Shown: positions 47,516 to 57,192, numbered from the stretch's first letter. The stretch: DNA of 64,000 nt from Armatimonadetes bacterium UBA1398 (GCA_002305165.1 DBQI01000065.1:16794-80793); one strand, 5' to 3'. Translations and numbers: made by a program. The notes: generated by a model from the sequence alone, not told the origin.

Positions 47516-48853
47516 TTATCGGGGATCCGCGCAGCAGCGGAACCCAACATGATCAGCGTTCAGGACCGGGTGCTTCGGTCCTCCTGTGGTGCAGTCGAAG
47601 CGGTCGAGCCTTTGGTCGCGGAAGGAGGCGCCCCGGTGATCGACGGTCGTCTCCTCCGACCCCCAGTTGCTGCCGATCCACTCGGCCACATTGCCGATCA
47701 TGTCGTAGAGCCCATAGCCGCTCACGCAGTAGGGGCGGGAACCCAGGCGCTCGGCATGGGCGTCCTCGCCCATCATGACGCCGATGTTGCAGGCGCCCAG
47801 CACCGGCCTGTTGCCGTAGGAGAACTGCAGGCCATCGGGCCCGCGGCACCCAGCCTCCCACTCGTCGGGCTCACAAAGCCGCTTGTCTTTCTGGCGGCAC
47901 CAGCCGGAGGCGCCGAACTGATTGATGTCAGCCATGGGCTTGGCCCCGGGAAGGTTCGGGGCCTCGAAGACGTCGATGCAGACACGGCCCTCGACCAGCC
48001 GCATCCCCGCTGGGCACCGAGGTTCGGGCGGCATGCTCTTCATGACCATCGCGTCACTGGGTTCGCCGCCGAGGAGCGTTGGGGTCTGCGCCTCGCCCCC
48101 GCCCCCTTGGTAGACCCGCTCGGCCGTCGATTTGGTGAAGCCAACCAGCTCCTTGACCGTCACGGTCGCATCGGGCGGATCCGTATCCGCGAAGCCCGTG
48201 ACGCAGTTCGTGAGGCAGAACCCGAGAAGGGGCCGAGCGAGGCCAGCCTCATTGAGCTTCTGCCCCGGCGAGACGGCGGATAGAACGAGGCTGCTCGCCG
48301 CCAGGGGTTCGAGCACATCGCCCGGCACGGCCAGGTCCTCGGGCGTCCCCTCGGCCCTGAAGGCATCCCACGGCGAGGCGTCGAGCATGACCAGCTTCTT
48401 GGTGGCGGGTATCGCGGCCACGTAGTCGGCAAGCTGCCGGACGGTGATGGCCGTGTTCGGCAGGTCCGCGAGGTCCGCGTTGTACGGGCAGAGGTACAGC
48501 TCAAGCTGCCCATCCTCCCCCACGGAGGCCACCAGGGTGAGGCAAAGGTAGATGAAAACCTCATCCTCAGCGGCCGCCGACTGGCAGAACTCCAGGGCGC
48601 CAACGAGGTTCGACAGGCTGGCCTGTCCGCCGGCGAGGGCCCCGACGCGATCCATGGGGACCGCGCCGATCTCGGGGTTCGCGAACCGTTCCGCGACGAG
48701 GAAGGCGTAGGTCTCGCCCTCGGTCCGGCCCGGGATGTTGAAGTCGCGGTACTCGTTCACCCCCGCACACACCGCAAACCGCTGGGCCTCCTGCCCGGTT
48801 GCCCCGGCGACGAGCGTTCCGAGTATGATGGGGAACAGCCATGCGCGACTCAT
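47516..48853 (-). CDS. secreted caspase-like (peptidase C14 fold) domain fused to FGE-sulfatase-fold domain
   Basis: Start at ATG 48853 (AGGAAGG RBS) giving signal peptide MSRAWLFPIILGTLVAGATG; caspase-like FAVCAGVNEY...KKLVMLDASPW; C-terminal FGE-like YDMIGNVAEW, HRGASF, VGFRCC. Confidence 0.55.
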   Translation of the reverse strand: MSRAWLFPIILGTLVAGATGQEAQRFAVCAGVNEYRDFNIPGRTEGETYAFLVAERFANPEIGAVPMDRVGALAGGQASLSNLVGALEFCQSAAAEDEVFIYLCLTLVASVGEDGQLELYLCPYNADLADLPNTAITVRQLADYVAAIPATKKLVMLDASPWDAFRAEGTPEDLAVPGDVLEPLAASSLVLSAVSPGQKLNEAGLARPLLGFCLTNCVTGFADTDPPDATVTVKELVGFTKSTAERVYQGGGGEAQTPTLLGGEPSDAMVMKSMPPEPRCPAGMRLVEGRVCIDVFEAPNLPGAKPMADINQFGASGWCRQKDKRLCEPDEWEAGCRGPDGLQFSYGNRPVLGACNIGVMMGEDAHAERLGSRPYCVSGYGLYDMIGNVAEWIGSNWGSEETTVDHRGASFRDQRLDRFDCTTGGPKHPVLNADHVGFRCCADPR

Positions 48854-48907
48854 CGGCCACTCACCTTCCTCGGACGGCGCACTGAAGGGCAACCGCCGCC
48901 CGAACGT

Positions 48908-49939
48908 ATGGATGCTTGGGAAGCAGGGGCGATTCGTTTGGCGATAGGCAGCCGCTCCAGGTCGTGGTTACGCGTTGGCTCACTGGTTGGGCTTGTCATC
49001 ACCGCACCGCTCCTGATCCTTGCGGCCATCCGACTCTACGGCTCCTACGCTGGTCAGAAGACCGTCGCACACCGCGAGGTATGCCTCGACAATCTGCGGG
49101 TCATCGGGGGAGCGCTTCGCGCTTACTCCCTGGATCACGATGACCGCCTTCCTCCCGCGGCGACCTGGGAGGATCTCCTCCTAGAGGACACGGGAGACCC
49201 CCGGGTGTTCCTCTGTCCCGCCGCGCCCGAGGGCGCGGAAACGGGGTACGCCTACTACGCCGCCCTCTCCCAAGGCTCCCTCGCCTCCCTGGCGACCCCG
49301 GCCGACGTCCCCATGGCGTACGACTCGCCGAAGGGGACGTGGAACGCCCGCGATAGCCGGCCGGAGTTCCCCTCGCCTCCCCGCCACGGGGACCGAAACC
49401 ATGCCGTAATGGCCGACGGGTCCGCACGGAGCCTCGCCCCCTTCGACGTCTGGGTGGAGGCGCGGTTCCAGGAGGACGGGCCGGGCGGGCCAGGCGACAC
49501 GAAGGCCCTGCCGGGGTTCTCCGGACCCAGCATCCTCTTCCAGACGGACGAGCCTGTCGCCTTCCGCACCGAGCATGGTATCGAGTGGTCCGCCGAGCGC
49601 CTGCCCACGGGGTACGCTTTCCGCGGTCCCGAGGGCTCTCGCGCGTCGACCACCCTGGTGATGGCTGACGCGGAGGCCGGGCTGCCCGCTCTCGCGCCCG
49701 CGGCGACGATCGTGCGCCAGTTCGAGGTGAACCTCGCGCCCGAACCCGGCGCTTTCCCTGCTACAGCCGAGGTCACCGAAGTGACGGAGTCGGGCCTGCG
49801 GAGCCTACGGGTGACGGTCCAGTCCGAGCCCCCGCTCAAGGCGCTCATCACCGTCCCCGAGGATGCGGGTGATGAGGCGCTGGCCGAGGCGTGCCTCCCG
49901 CTGACGGCCCTGCGCTGGATCGAGAAGATACCTCAGTAG
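48908..49939 (+). CDS. H-X9-DG domain (DUF1559-type) pseudopilin-like protein
   Basis: N-terminal hydrophobic helix then CLDNLRVIGGALRAYSLDHDDRLPP and the H-X9-DG motif HGDRNHAVMADGSARSL. Confidence 0.5.
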   Translation: MDAWEAGAIRLAIGSRSRSWLRVGSLVGLVITAPLLILAAIRLYGSYAGQKTVAHREVCLDNLRVIGGALRAYSLDHDDRLPPAATWEDLLLEDTGDPRVFLCPAAPEGAETGYAYYAALSQGSLASLATPADVPMAYDSPKGTWNARDSRPEFPSPPRHGDRNHAVMADGSARSLAPFDVWVEARFQEDGPGGPGDTKALPGFSGPSILFQTDEPVAFRTEHGIEWSAERLPTGYAFRGPEGSRASTTLVMADAEAGLPALAPAATIVRQFEVNLAPEPGAFPATAEVTEVTESGLRSLRVTVQSEPPLKALITVPEDAGDEALAEACLPLTALRWIEKIPQ

Positions 49940-49993
49940 CCAGTATAATGGCCGTGGCGCCGTGCTCGGCTGCCACCCAAGGAGGGCGCGCCC

Positions 49994-50665
49994 ATGAACC
50001 GCTGGCTGATCGGATCCTTCGCCATCGTGGCACTGGCGCCCTCGGCGCTCGCCCAGGCCGAGCCCTTGCCCGATGTGCCCAGGGAGCACCCGGCGTCCTG
50101 GGCCGTCGCCACCCTCTGGCGCGCCGACGTGATCAGGGGCTCCAATGACGGGCTCTTCCACGGCGACGAGCGCATCAGCGAACTTGAGGCCATCGCCCTC
50201 GCCGCCCGGCTTAGCGCGGCGCTGAACAACGTGGCCGTCATCCGAGCCGACTGGTCGATGGACCGGTATCTGGCGCGGTTCTGGCATGAGGAGTACCCCG
50301 CTCGCGGCGGTGTGCCCTTGCCCGCGGGCCACTGGGCGGCCCTGGAGTGGAGCTACCTGGCGCGCATCACGCCGGCTGAGGTGGAGCTGCTCGACGCCTG
50401 GCCCGAACCGCTGCCGACCCGCTACGAAGCCGCCATCGCGGCGGCCACGGTGCTGCGCGAGGCGCGCAAGGCCATCCGCGGTCGGCTTGTGAGCGACTAC
50501 GCCGGGGGTATGCTGCCCGACTCCGCCGTCAATGACACCATGCCCATGGACTACGTGCCCTGGTCGGACCATGGCAGCGGCCACGGGCCAGATCACGGAC
50601 CGGCGGCGCCCATGCAGGGCGTCATACCGTTCGGTCCGCCCCCCTCTATGGCGGCCCCTGAGTAG
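49994..50665 (+). CDS. SLH (S-layer homology) domain protein
   Basis: Signal peptide MNRWLIGSFAIVALAPSALAQA; SLH-like DVPREHPASWAVATLWRADVIRGSNDGLFHGDERISELEAIALAARL. Confidence 0.55.
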   Translation: MNRWLIGSFAIVALAPSALAQAEPLPDVPREHPASWAVATLWRADVIRGSNDGLFHGDERISELEAIALAARLSAALNNVAVIRADWSMDRYLARFWHEEYPARGGVPLPAGHWAALEWSYLARITPAEVELLDAWPEPLPTRYEAAIAAATVLREARKAIRGRLVSDYAGGMLPDSAVNDTMPMDYVPWSDHGSGHGPDHGPAAPMQGVIPFGPPPSMAAPE

Positions 50666-51536
50666 CGTCCAGCAGGGCGATCAGCGCCTCCACAGGCACG
50701 CACTCCTTGACCACCATCTGCAGCCGACGCTCCTCCTCATCGGCGTAGAGCGCCTGTGTAACGGCCGCGACGCCCACCACCGCCCCGGTCTCATCGAGCA
50801 CGGGCGCGCCGCTGGAGCCTACGGCGTACTCGGCGGTGATGGACAGGGCGGGCCGTCCATCCCGGGCCCGTGCGTAGCGGCGGGAGAGGATGCCCTCGGT
50901 GAGCGTGTACGCCCGCTGCCTGGGGTGGCTGATGACCGCGACCGGGGCGCCCACGGGCGAGCCGGACTTGAGGGGGAGGGGCTCTGTGGCTGCCTCGATA
51001 CGAACCACCGCCAGGTCCGCCTCGGGGTCGCCGCCCTCGGCCCCAACCACGGAATACACCCGGCCATCCAGCGATGACGCGCCCAGGAGCTCATAGTCCG
51101 TCTCGAGGACGTGGTGGTTCGTCACGAGCAGGCCGTCGTCGGTGACGGCGAAGGCAGTCGCGATGCGCACATGCCACCGCTCGCAGTTGGGGCAGAGGTA
51201 CCGTCCGCCCAAGAGGTAGACGCTCGGAGCGCATCGGGCGTAGAGCTCCGGCAGGTCCAGGGACTCGTCCGTCGGCGCTGGAAGGCGCTCGACCGTCACG
51301 TGGCCCGACGCGCCAGCGAGGAGCTCCTCGCGACTCGCCCCGATCCCGCGCTCGGCCAAGGAGGCGAGCTCCCGACTCAGCCGCTCCTGGACCGCCACGT
51401 CCTCCACGTCCACCGGGTGCTGCAGGCAGAGGGTGTCCGCTGACAGCGGATCGGGGCACGGATGGCGAGGCAGAAGCGGCAGCGTGGCGAGGGCGCCGAG
51501 GACGAGGCCGAGCAGCGCCCCTAGCAGGAACCGCAC
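50646..51536 (-). CDS. trypsin-like serine protease (S1 family)
   Basis: Catalytic triad contexts TNHHV (His), DLAVVRI (Asp), GSSGAPV (Ser); start tentatively at GTG 51536 (AAGGGGG upstream) rather than track TTG 51575; 3' end overlaps SLH gene by 20 nt. Confidence 0.65.
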   Translation of the reverse strand: MRFLLGALLGLVLGALATLPLLPRHPCPDPLSADTLCLQHPVDVEDVAVQERLSRELASLAERGIGASREELLAGASGHVTVERLPAPTDESLDLPELYARCAPSVYLLGGRYLCPNCERWHVRIATAFAVTDDGLLVTNHHVLETDYELLGASSLDGRVYSVVGAEGGDPEADLAVVRIEAATEPLPLKSGSPVGAPVAVISHPRQRAYTLTEGILSRRYARARDGRPALSITAEYAVGSSGAPVLDETGAVVGVAAVTQALYADEEERRLQMVVKECVPVEALIALLDATQGPP

Positions 51537-51550
51537 TGGGTGCACCCCCT

Positions 51551-52705
51551 TCACGCGAGCTGCTGCTTCACCCAAGCCTCCAGGCCATTGGTGGACTCAG
51601 CGAAGCTCTCCGCCGTGGCGACGACCGCCGGGTGATCTCGGAAGGTCTCGGGGTCCTCCCCCTCCTCATAGCCCGCGCGGAAGTAGGGGACTCGGAGCAG
51701 GGTATCCAGGACCTCCTTCGGCACGGCTGCAGGCTGCGTGGGCAACTCCTCCCCGTCGTACTCCTCCAGCCAGGATTCGATGATGTTCGGGAAGATGGTC
51801 AGCACCACGGGCTGGGCGCAGATCTTCTCCAGGTGCCAGATCCTGACCCGACCGTCTACCACGGGTCCCACGCGCATCGAGGCGGCGAGCATCTTGCTCT
51901 CGTAACCCCGCTCGGCGTAGAGGGCGACGGCCTTGTTGAAGATCGCGGGGCCGGACCAGCGGCGGAGCTCATCGGTCAGCTCGACCCCGACGGACCGCGC
52001 GGACTCATCGAAGGCCGGATGGTCCTCGAACCGCCCCAGCATCATCGTGCAGACGGAGCGCCATCCCGAGAGGTCCACCCCCGCCTGTCGCGCGAGGGCC
52101 AAGCCCGTCTTGACCGCCTCCGCCACGGCGACGATCTGGCTGATGGTGAAGACGAGGGTCGCGTTGGTGGGGATGCCGAGAGCCGTGAGGAGGGTGATGC
52201 CATGGATGCCCTCCTTGACGCCAGGCATCTTGATCATCACGTTCGGGCTCATGGCATGGAGGCCGATGCCCATGGAGACCATCGCCGCCGTGCTCTTGAG
52301 CTCACGCGGATCGACTTGGCCGGACAGGTAGCCCAGGGCCTTCCCCGAGTTCTCGTAGATCCCTCTGAAGCGCTCGGCGCCCTCCCTCACCACGCTCTCG
52401 TAGAGCTTCCACATGGCCTCGGCTGGATCGGAGGCCTGGCCGCCCGTCATCTCCCGCAACCTGGCCGCCCATCGGCTCGGGTCGTACTCCACCGCCTGGG
52501 CGGTCAAGGGCGGGTTGGTCGTGCAGCCCACCAGTACCTCCTCCACCCCCTCGAGCCGCTCGCTGCAGCGGTCAGCGTCGGTCCGCCCCTCGTGGGCGGC
52601 GATGACCTCGGACTTCCACGCGTCAAGGATCAGCGGCGAGGAGTCGAACCAGACCTCGAGCTCGGGATGGGTGGCGGCTAGCGCGGCCAGCGGGTTGGTT
52701 GCCAT
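51551..52705 (-). CDS. tal: transaldolase
   Basis: 384 aa; VGCTTNPPL (transaldolase TTNP motif) and Schiff-base Lys region MIKMPGV. Confidence 0.7.
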   Translation of the reverse strand: MATNPLAALAATHPELEVWFDSSPLILDAWKSEVIAAHEGRTDADRCSERLEGVEEVLVGCTTNPPLTAQAVEYDPSRWAARLREMTGGQASDPAEAMWKLYESVVREGAERFRGIYENSGKALGYLSGQVDPRELKSTAAMVSMGIGLHAMSPNVMIKMPGVKEGIHGITLLTALGIPTNATLVFTISQIVAVAEAVKTGLALARQAGVDLSGWRSVCTMMLGRFEDHPAFDESARSVGVELTDELRRWSGPAIFNKAVALYAERGYESKMLAASMRVGPVVDGRVRIWHLEKICAQPVVLTIFPNIIESWLEEYDGEELPTQPAAVPKEVLDTLLRVPYFRAGYEEGEDPETFRDHPAVVATAESFAESTNGLEAWVKQQLA

Positions 52706-52746
52706 GGCATGGGTCCTCTCGTGGATCGGCCCGACCGAATGGGGCC

Positions 52747-53766
52747 CTAGGGGTCAGTATTGCCCGCCGAGGGCCGCCAGGCCTCCTCGGGAACGGGTCC
52801 GCGCGCCAGTGGCCCGTACTGGTAGGCCAGCATGAGGATCCCGGAGATGATCCCGACCCAGACCTTAGGCCATGCCGGGAGTGGCGCGGGGGTCACAAAG
52901 CCCTCGATGAGCGCCGCTACCACGAAGAGGAGCACGGTGCCGAGCATCACCGTCGCGGCCTCGGGCGCCGCCCGCTTGAGAGCTTCCCAGCGCGTGAACC
53001 GCCCAGGGGCGATGATCGCCCAGCCCAGCCGCAGGCCCGAGGCTCCCGCGAGAACGATCGCCCACAGCTCCACGACGCCGTGGGGCACGATGAGCGAATA
53101 GTACGGTAGGACATTCCCGTAGTGGTGCATCCCTCCGCTCAGTCCGCCCACCATCAGGCCGTTCTGGAGCAGGGCGTAGAGGGTATAGACCCCCGCCAGG
53201 ACGCCCCCCGCGAAGGCGGTGAAGCCCACCTTGATGTTGTTCTGCATGATGAATGCCGATAGCGGAGCCATGATCCCCGTCGGCAGTTGGTTGCCCTGAT
53301 AGTCGGGCATACCGCCCGGGCCGATGGCGCCGGCGAACTGCGCCGGAACGAATAGACGCGCCAGCGTAGGGTCGCTGTAGCTCAGGATGAACGCGAACAG
53401 CCCGCTGCCGAAGAAGACGAGGGAGGCGACGAGGACGTACGGCCAGAGCTTGCGCACCGTGCGCGGATACGTGTCAGTGAGGAAGGCGCCCACTCGACGC
53501 CACTGCACGCCGGTGGGGACGCGGTAGACCGCGTTGTGAGAGCGGACCACGAGGCCATTCAGGTAGGCGACGATATCCGGGTCGGACGCGCCGCCCTGAG
53601 CCTGGGCGAGGTGGCTGGACACCCGTCGGTGCAGCCGGCTGAGTTCCGCTAACTCCGCGCCCGACAGGGCTTTCAGGCCGCCCTGGTCAACCTTATCCAG
53701 GAGCGCGGCCAAGCGGTGCCAGTCTCGCTGTCGTCGATCAACCCTGGAATTGAAGGGGGTCGCCAC
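52747..53766 (-). CDS. SpoIIM/DUF95-family integral membrane protein
   Basis: 339 aa; cytoplasmic N-terminal segment then multiple hydrophobic helices. Confidence 0.5.
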   Translation of the reverse strand: MATPFNSRVDRRQRDWHRLAALLDKVDQGGLKALSGAELAELSRLHRRVSSHLAQAQGGASDPDIVAYLNGLVVRSHNAVYRVPTGVQWRRVGAFLTDTYPRTVRKLWPYVLVASLVFFGSGLFAFILSYSDPTLARLFVPAQFAGAIGPGGMPDYQGNQLPTGIMAPLSAFIMQNNIKVGFTAFAGGVLAGVYTLYALLQNGLMVGGLSGGMHHYGNVLPYYSLIVPHGVVELWAIVLAGASGLRLGWAIIAPGRFTRWEALKRAAPEAATVMLGTVLLFVVAALIEGFVTPAPLPAWPKVWVGIISGILMLAYQYGPLARGPVPEEAWRPSAGNTDP

Positions 53767-53783
53767 TCGACACCACCTACGCG

Positions 53784-53799
53784 GCTATGCTACATTCGC
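53784..53799 (+). promoter_or_regulatory. second copy of the 16-nt motif (GCTATGCTACATTCGC)
   Basis: 15/16 identical to 41722..41737; in a 65-bp divergent intergenic region, 32 nt upstream of ATG 53832 (RBS AGAGGTGA). Confidence 0.3.
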
Positions 53800-53831
53800 A
53801 ATGCACGGTTCGACCCTGCAAGAGGTGACCC

Positions 53832-54074
53832 ATGCCCGATCAGACCAGCCTAACCCTGCCCGAGCCATCGGGTTTCCACGAGGTGGCTAAGACGGTCCTC
53901 AAGGCCGTTGGTGACATCTCCTCCGGTGTGAGCCGCGTCGCCTCCGATACCATCGTCGCCGCGGTCAAGGAAGCCTACATGACCGGCTACCGCGATGGCT
54001 ACCGGGACGCTCTGCGGCGAGCCGGCTCCGCCCTGGATGGCGTCCCCGCGCAGGAGACGCCCTCCGAGTCCTAG
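53832..54074 (+). CDS. small hypothetical protein (80 aa)
   Basis: Clean composition, AGAGGTGA RBS, preceded by the conserved 16-nt motif. Confidence 0.4.
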   Translation: MPDQTSLTLPEPSGFHEVAKTVLKAVGDISSGVSRVASDTIVAAVKEAYMTGYRDGYRDALRRAGSALDGVPAQETPSES

Positions 54075-55451
54075 TCACCGCCCCGGGCGGTACGTGTCCG
54101 CGCCCTTGCCCGTATCTGGCCGCTCGTCGGCGGCCCTTGGACCGAGCCGCTCCTGCACCTTGCGGTCGAAGTACTCGATCAGCAGGTGCTTGGCGTGGGT
54201 CACGAACTCATCGTCCGGGTACTCCGCCACCAAGGTCACCAGCAGATCCGCCGCGCGCTGGTAGCCCGCCTGCTCGGTGACCTCGTAGCCTCCCGCCGGC
54301 TTACGCACGATGGACGTGCCCAAGTAGAGCGAGCCCGCGTAGAAGAGCACTTCGGGACGGTGCCGCCCGTCCAGATCCTCCTCCAGGTATCGCTCGAAGG
54401 CCCGACGCGCCGTCTCCGCCTCTCCTGCGAAGAGGGCCGCGATGCCAGCCCGAGCGACCGCTTCCTCGCGATCGCGGCCACGGAGCGGCCCCTCGCTCGC
54501 GCGCGCGTAGAGGGCGGCGGCGCGCGGCCAGTTCTCTCCCTGGTAGAAGGCCTTGGCGGCCGCCAGAGCCTCCGCCGTGTCGGCCGGTTCCGCCGCCACA
54601 GCGCCCCGCAGCGCGTCCAGCGTGGGGATGAGCAGCGGCGACGTGCCCAGGTTGTAGAGGATGGCCAGGAACTCGCCGTCGCGCTCGAGGACCACCGGGT
54701 CATACTCCGTGGCAGGTCCGAACCGGATCGCCTCGGCCTCCGCGCGAGTCGGGTTCCGTGCCGTGCAGCCATCGAAGACCTGAGCCAGTACTGCGGCTGA
54801 GTCGTTCAGTTCGCCCGTCGCTCGCAGGGCGAAGGCGTAGAGATACCACACGTGGGGCGCCTCGATGCCTTGGCGGACCAGCGGCGCGAGGGCCTCCGCC
54901 GCTCGGTCGTAACGGCCCACGTCGTAGAACAGGGTGCCGAGACGCTCGCGCTGGGCGTCGTTGAGATCGGTGCGGGCACGGAGGCTCTTGATCTCGTGGG
55001 CCTGGGCCGTTACCAGCGCGTACACCGCCGGCTCGAAGCACGCGCCCAAGGTAGCCAGGACCGTTTCGTCCGTGTCCACCCACGCGAAGGTGGGGTAGAC
55101 CGCCTTGAGCCCGAGCCGGTTGAACACGGAGAGGTCGTCCCGGACGCTCACTCCGACGCACACCATCTGCTCGAAGGTCTCCAGAACCACGGGGTTCGTG
55201 AACATCGTCGCCTCGAGGCGGTCGCTCAGGGGGGAGCGCTCGGTCCGGTACTGGACATCCTCCACGCGCTGGGCGCCCGAGACCTGGGACTCGTATTCCT
55301 TGAAGAGGTAGACGAGGGTGATCTTGCCCTGCTCCTTGGCGAGGCCGAGCGCCGAGTCCAGGTCACCAGCCACGAAGACGGGCGGCAAGGCCGAAGCGCC
55401 GCTCACCCCCAGCGCCAGAATCAGGCAAGCAAGTGCCAAGCTGCGAGCCAT
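54075..55451 (-). CDS. secreted helical-repeat (TPR-like) protein
   Basis: Start at internal ATG giving signal peptide MARSLALACLILALGVSGASA; Ala/Leu/Arg-rich helical repeats. Confidence 0.45.
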   Translation of the reverse strand: MARSLALACLILALGVSGASALPPVFVAGDLDSALGLAKEQGKITLVYLFKEYESQVSGAQRVEDVQYRTERSPLSDRLEATMFTNPVVLETFEQMVCVGVSVRDDLSVFNRLGLKAVYPTFAWVDTDETVLATLGACFEPAVYALVTAQAHEIKSLRARTDLNDAQRERLGTLFYDVGRYDRAAEALAPLVRQGIEAPHVWYLYAFALRATGELNDSAAVLAQVFDGCTARNPTRAEAEAIRFGPATEYDPVVLERDGEFLAILYNLGTSPLLIPTLDALRGAVAAEPADTAEALAAAKAFYQGENWPRAAALYARASEGPLRGRDREEAVARAGIAALFAGEAETARRAFERYLEEDLDGRHRPEVLFYAGSLYLGTSIVRKPAGGYEVTEQAGYQRAADLLVTLVAEYPDDEFVTHAKHLLIEYFDRKVQERLGPRAADERPDTGKGADTYRPGR

Positions 55452-55633
55452 GCTGGGCCGCTCCCTTCCATGCGGGGTGTCTCGAGCGCTACTCGGAAGC
55501 TCCTTCGCGCGAGTCGCGGGGCGCGCCGCTCCCTGGAGGGCTGGCGGAACGACCCGGCGCCTGTCACGAAGGGGGTATCGAGCGCCACTCTCGAGCACCA
55601 CCCATTGGGCGTTCCGGGGACACGTACGTTTCG

Positions 55634-56602
55634 TCAGTAGGTGGTGCCGCTGAAGGCGAGACTGGCGCCCCCCAGCATCCCCGCCTCGTCTCCGAGTTGG
55701 CCGAGGACCACCGGTGGCGGGGGCTCCGAGCCGACTGTTGCCGCGACGCGGAGCTCCTCCTCGATACGCGCACGCAAGGGCTCGCCCGCCTGTGCCACCC
55801 CGCCCGCGATGACGAACAACGCGGGATCGACGAGATTGGCGAGATCCGCCAGGGCCGCCGCCAGCATGCGACCGACCTCGCCCACGATCACCGTGCCCAA
55901 CGAGTCGCCCTTTTCCGCGGCCTCGAAGACGTGCCTCGACTCGATCCGCTCCAGGTCCCCCTCGGCCAGTTCCGAAATGAGGGACTCGAAGCCCGCCGCG
56001 ATGCGCATCCGCGCGCGTTCGGCGATAGCCCAGGCGGACACGTACATCTCCAAGCAGCCCACACGGCCGCAGTTGCAGAGCCGCCCGTTCACGTCAACCG
56101 TCAGATGGCCCAGCTCGCCCGCTGCGCCCCTAGAGCCGCGCCGGATCGCCCCATCCAGGAACACACATCCGCCGACGCCGGAGCCCAGCGCCATGCAGAC
56201 GAAGTCGTTATAGCCCCGAGCGGCGCCGAAGGCGTGCTCCCCCATGGAGATGACGTTCACGTCGTTATCCACGAAAGTGGCAAGGCCAAGCGCGGCTTCG
56301 AGGTTCTCCTTGATGCGCGTGCCCCACCAGCCCACGATGTTGGAGCTCGCCGAGAGAACCACGCCGTTCTTCGCGTCTATGATGCCCGGACTGCCGATCC
56401 CCACCCCGGCCACTTCGCTCGCCTGCACGGGCCCGTGCTCGATACAGTGTTGGATGAGCGCGACGATGTTGGCGACGACGTGCTCGCTGCCGCGCTTGCC
56501 CTCGGTGGGCCGCTTCTCACTGTAGACGATGCGGCCATCCTCGGTCACGATGCCGGCTCGGAGGTTCGTTGCTCCGAGATCAATACCCACCGCGTAGCTC
56601 AA
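55634..56602 (-). CDS. ROK-family sugar kinase (glucokinase-like)
   Basis: GIDLGATNLR ATP-binding start and ROK zinc motif CNCGRVGCLE; start set at TTG 56602 (GAAGGGAGG 8 nt upstream) rather than track GTG 56653. Confidence 0.75.
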   Translation of the reverse strand: MSYAVGIDLGATNLRAGIVTEDGRIVYSEKRPTEGKRGSEHVVANIVALIQHCIEHGPVQASEVAGVGIGSPGIIDAKNGVVLSASSNIVGWWGTRIKENLEAALGLATFVDNDVNVISMGEHAFGAARGYNDFVCMALGSGVGGCVFLDGAIRRGSRGAAGELGHLTVDVNGRLCNCGRVGCLEMYVSAWAIAERARMRIAAGFESLISELAEGDLERIESRHVFEAAEKGDSLGTVIVGEVGRMLAAALADLANLVDPALFVIAGGVAQAGEPLRARIEEELRVAATVGSEPPPPVVLGQLGDEAGMLGGASLAFSGTTY

Positions 56603-56653
56603 ACCAGCGGCCTCCCTTCGGGCTGCCCGCGCGGGGCTGCAGTGTGCTCTCAC

Positions 56654-56659
56654 ATTATA
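56654..56659 (-). promoter_or_regulatory. TATAAT -10 hexamer (minus-strand orientation) upstream of ROK kinase gene
   Basis: Perfect TATAAT on the minus strand, about 50 nt upstream of the proposed TTG start. Confidence 0.3.
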
Positions 56660-56734
56660 CCGAAGGTGCCCAGTTCCTGCGGATCTGGCCCGATGCCTCG
56701 CTTGCGGGTTATCATAGATCCCGTGGAGGCGAGC

Positions 56735-57043
56735 ATGGAGCGCGTGGAGCTGGTCGAGCAGGCCATCGTCATCGGGTCCGTCGCGACCCTCTGGCCGTGG
56801 ATCTTCGGCTATCGGGAGCCCTGGTACCAGTGGGGCGCTCTGAGCCTCGTCGCCCTCACTCTGGTCGTCATCACCGTGCGTAAGTGGCGCCGCATGAACC
56901 AGGCCTTCGATGACGCGAAGGATGCCTGGGGCGACCAGGGGGCGCCATCGCTGGGCGGGATGCCTCTCGCGCCGCCCATGACGAAGCCGCCCCGGGGTGG
57001 GACCGGGGAGAAGAGCGGCAGCAGCAAGCCGGGCCGCAGGTAG
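56735..57043 (+). CDS. small membrane protein (102 aa)
   Basis: Only the 3' 309 nt of track ORF 55433..57043 retained; ATG with GGAGG 5 nt upstream; two hydrophobic helices then Pro/Gly/Lys-rich tail. Confidence 0.4.
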   Translation: MERVELVEQAIVIGSVATLWPWIFGYREPWYQWGALSLVALTLVVITVRKWRRMNQAFDDAKDAWGDQGAPSLGGMPLAPPMTKPPRGGTGEKSGSSKPGRR

Positions 57044-57192
57044 CCGAGGGTCGCGCGCCGGCTGCGCGCTGGCCGGGCAGGCTCATCGTCACGACCTCGC
57101 CCGTCCGACTCCCCACGCCCCGAAGCGCTCACCCTAGAACACCGCTCCATCCTCTCCATCCTCCGGCGCCAATCACCCCTTCAATGAGCGCC

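Noticed and set aside
55433-57043. 536-aa plus-strand track ORF
   Set aside because: The first 1.3 kb is antisense to the ROK kinase (which has the CNCGRVGCLE zinc motif); only the last 309 nt (56735..57043) with its own GGAGG RBS was kept as a small membrane protein.
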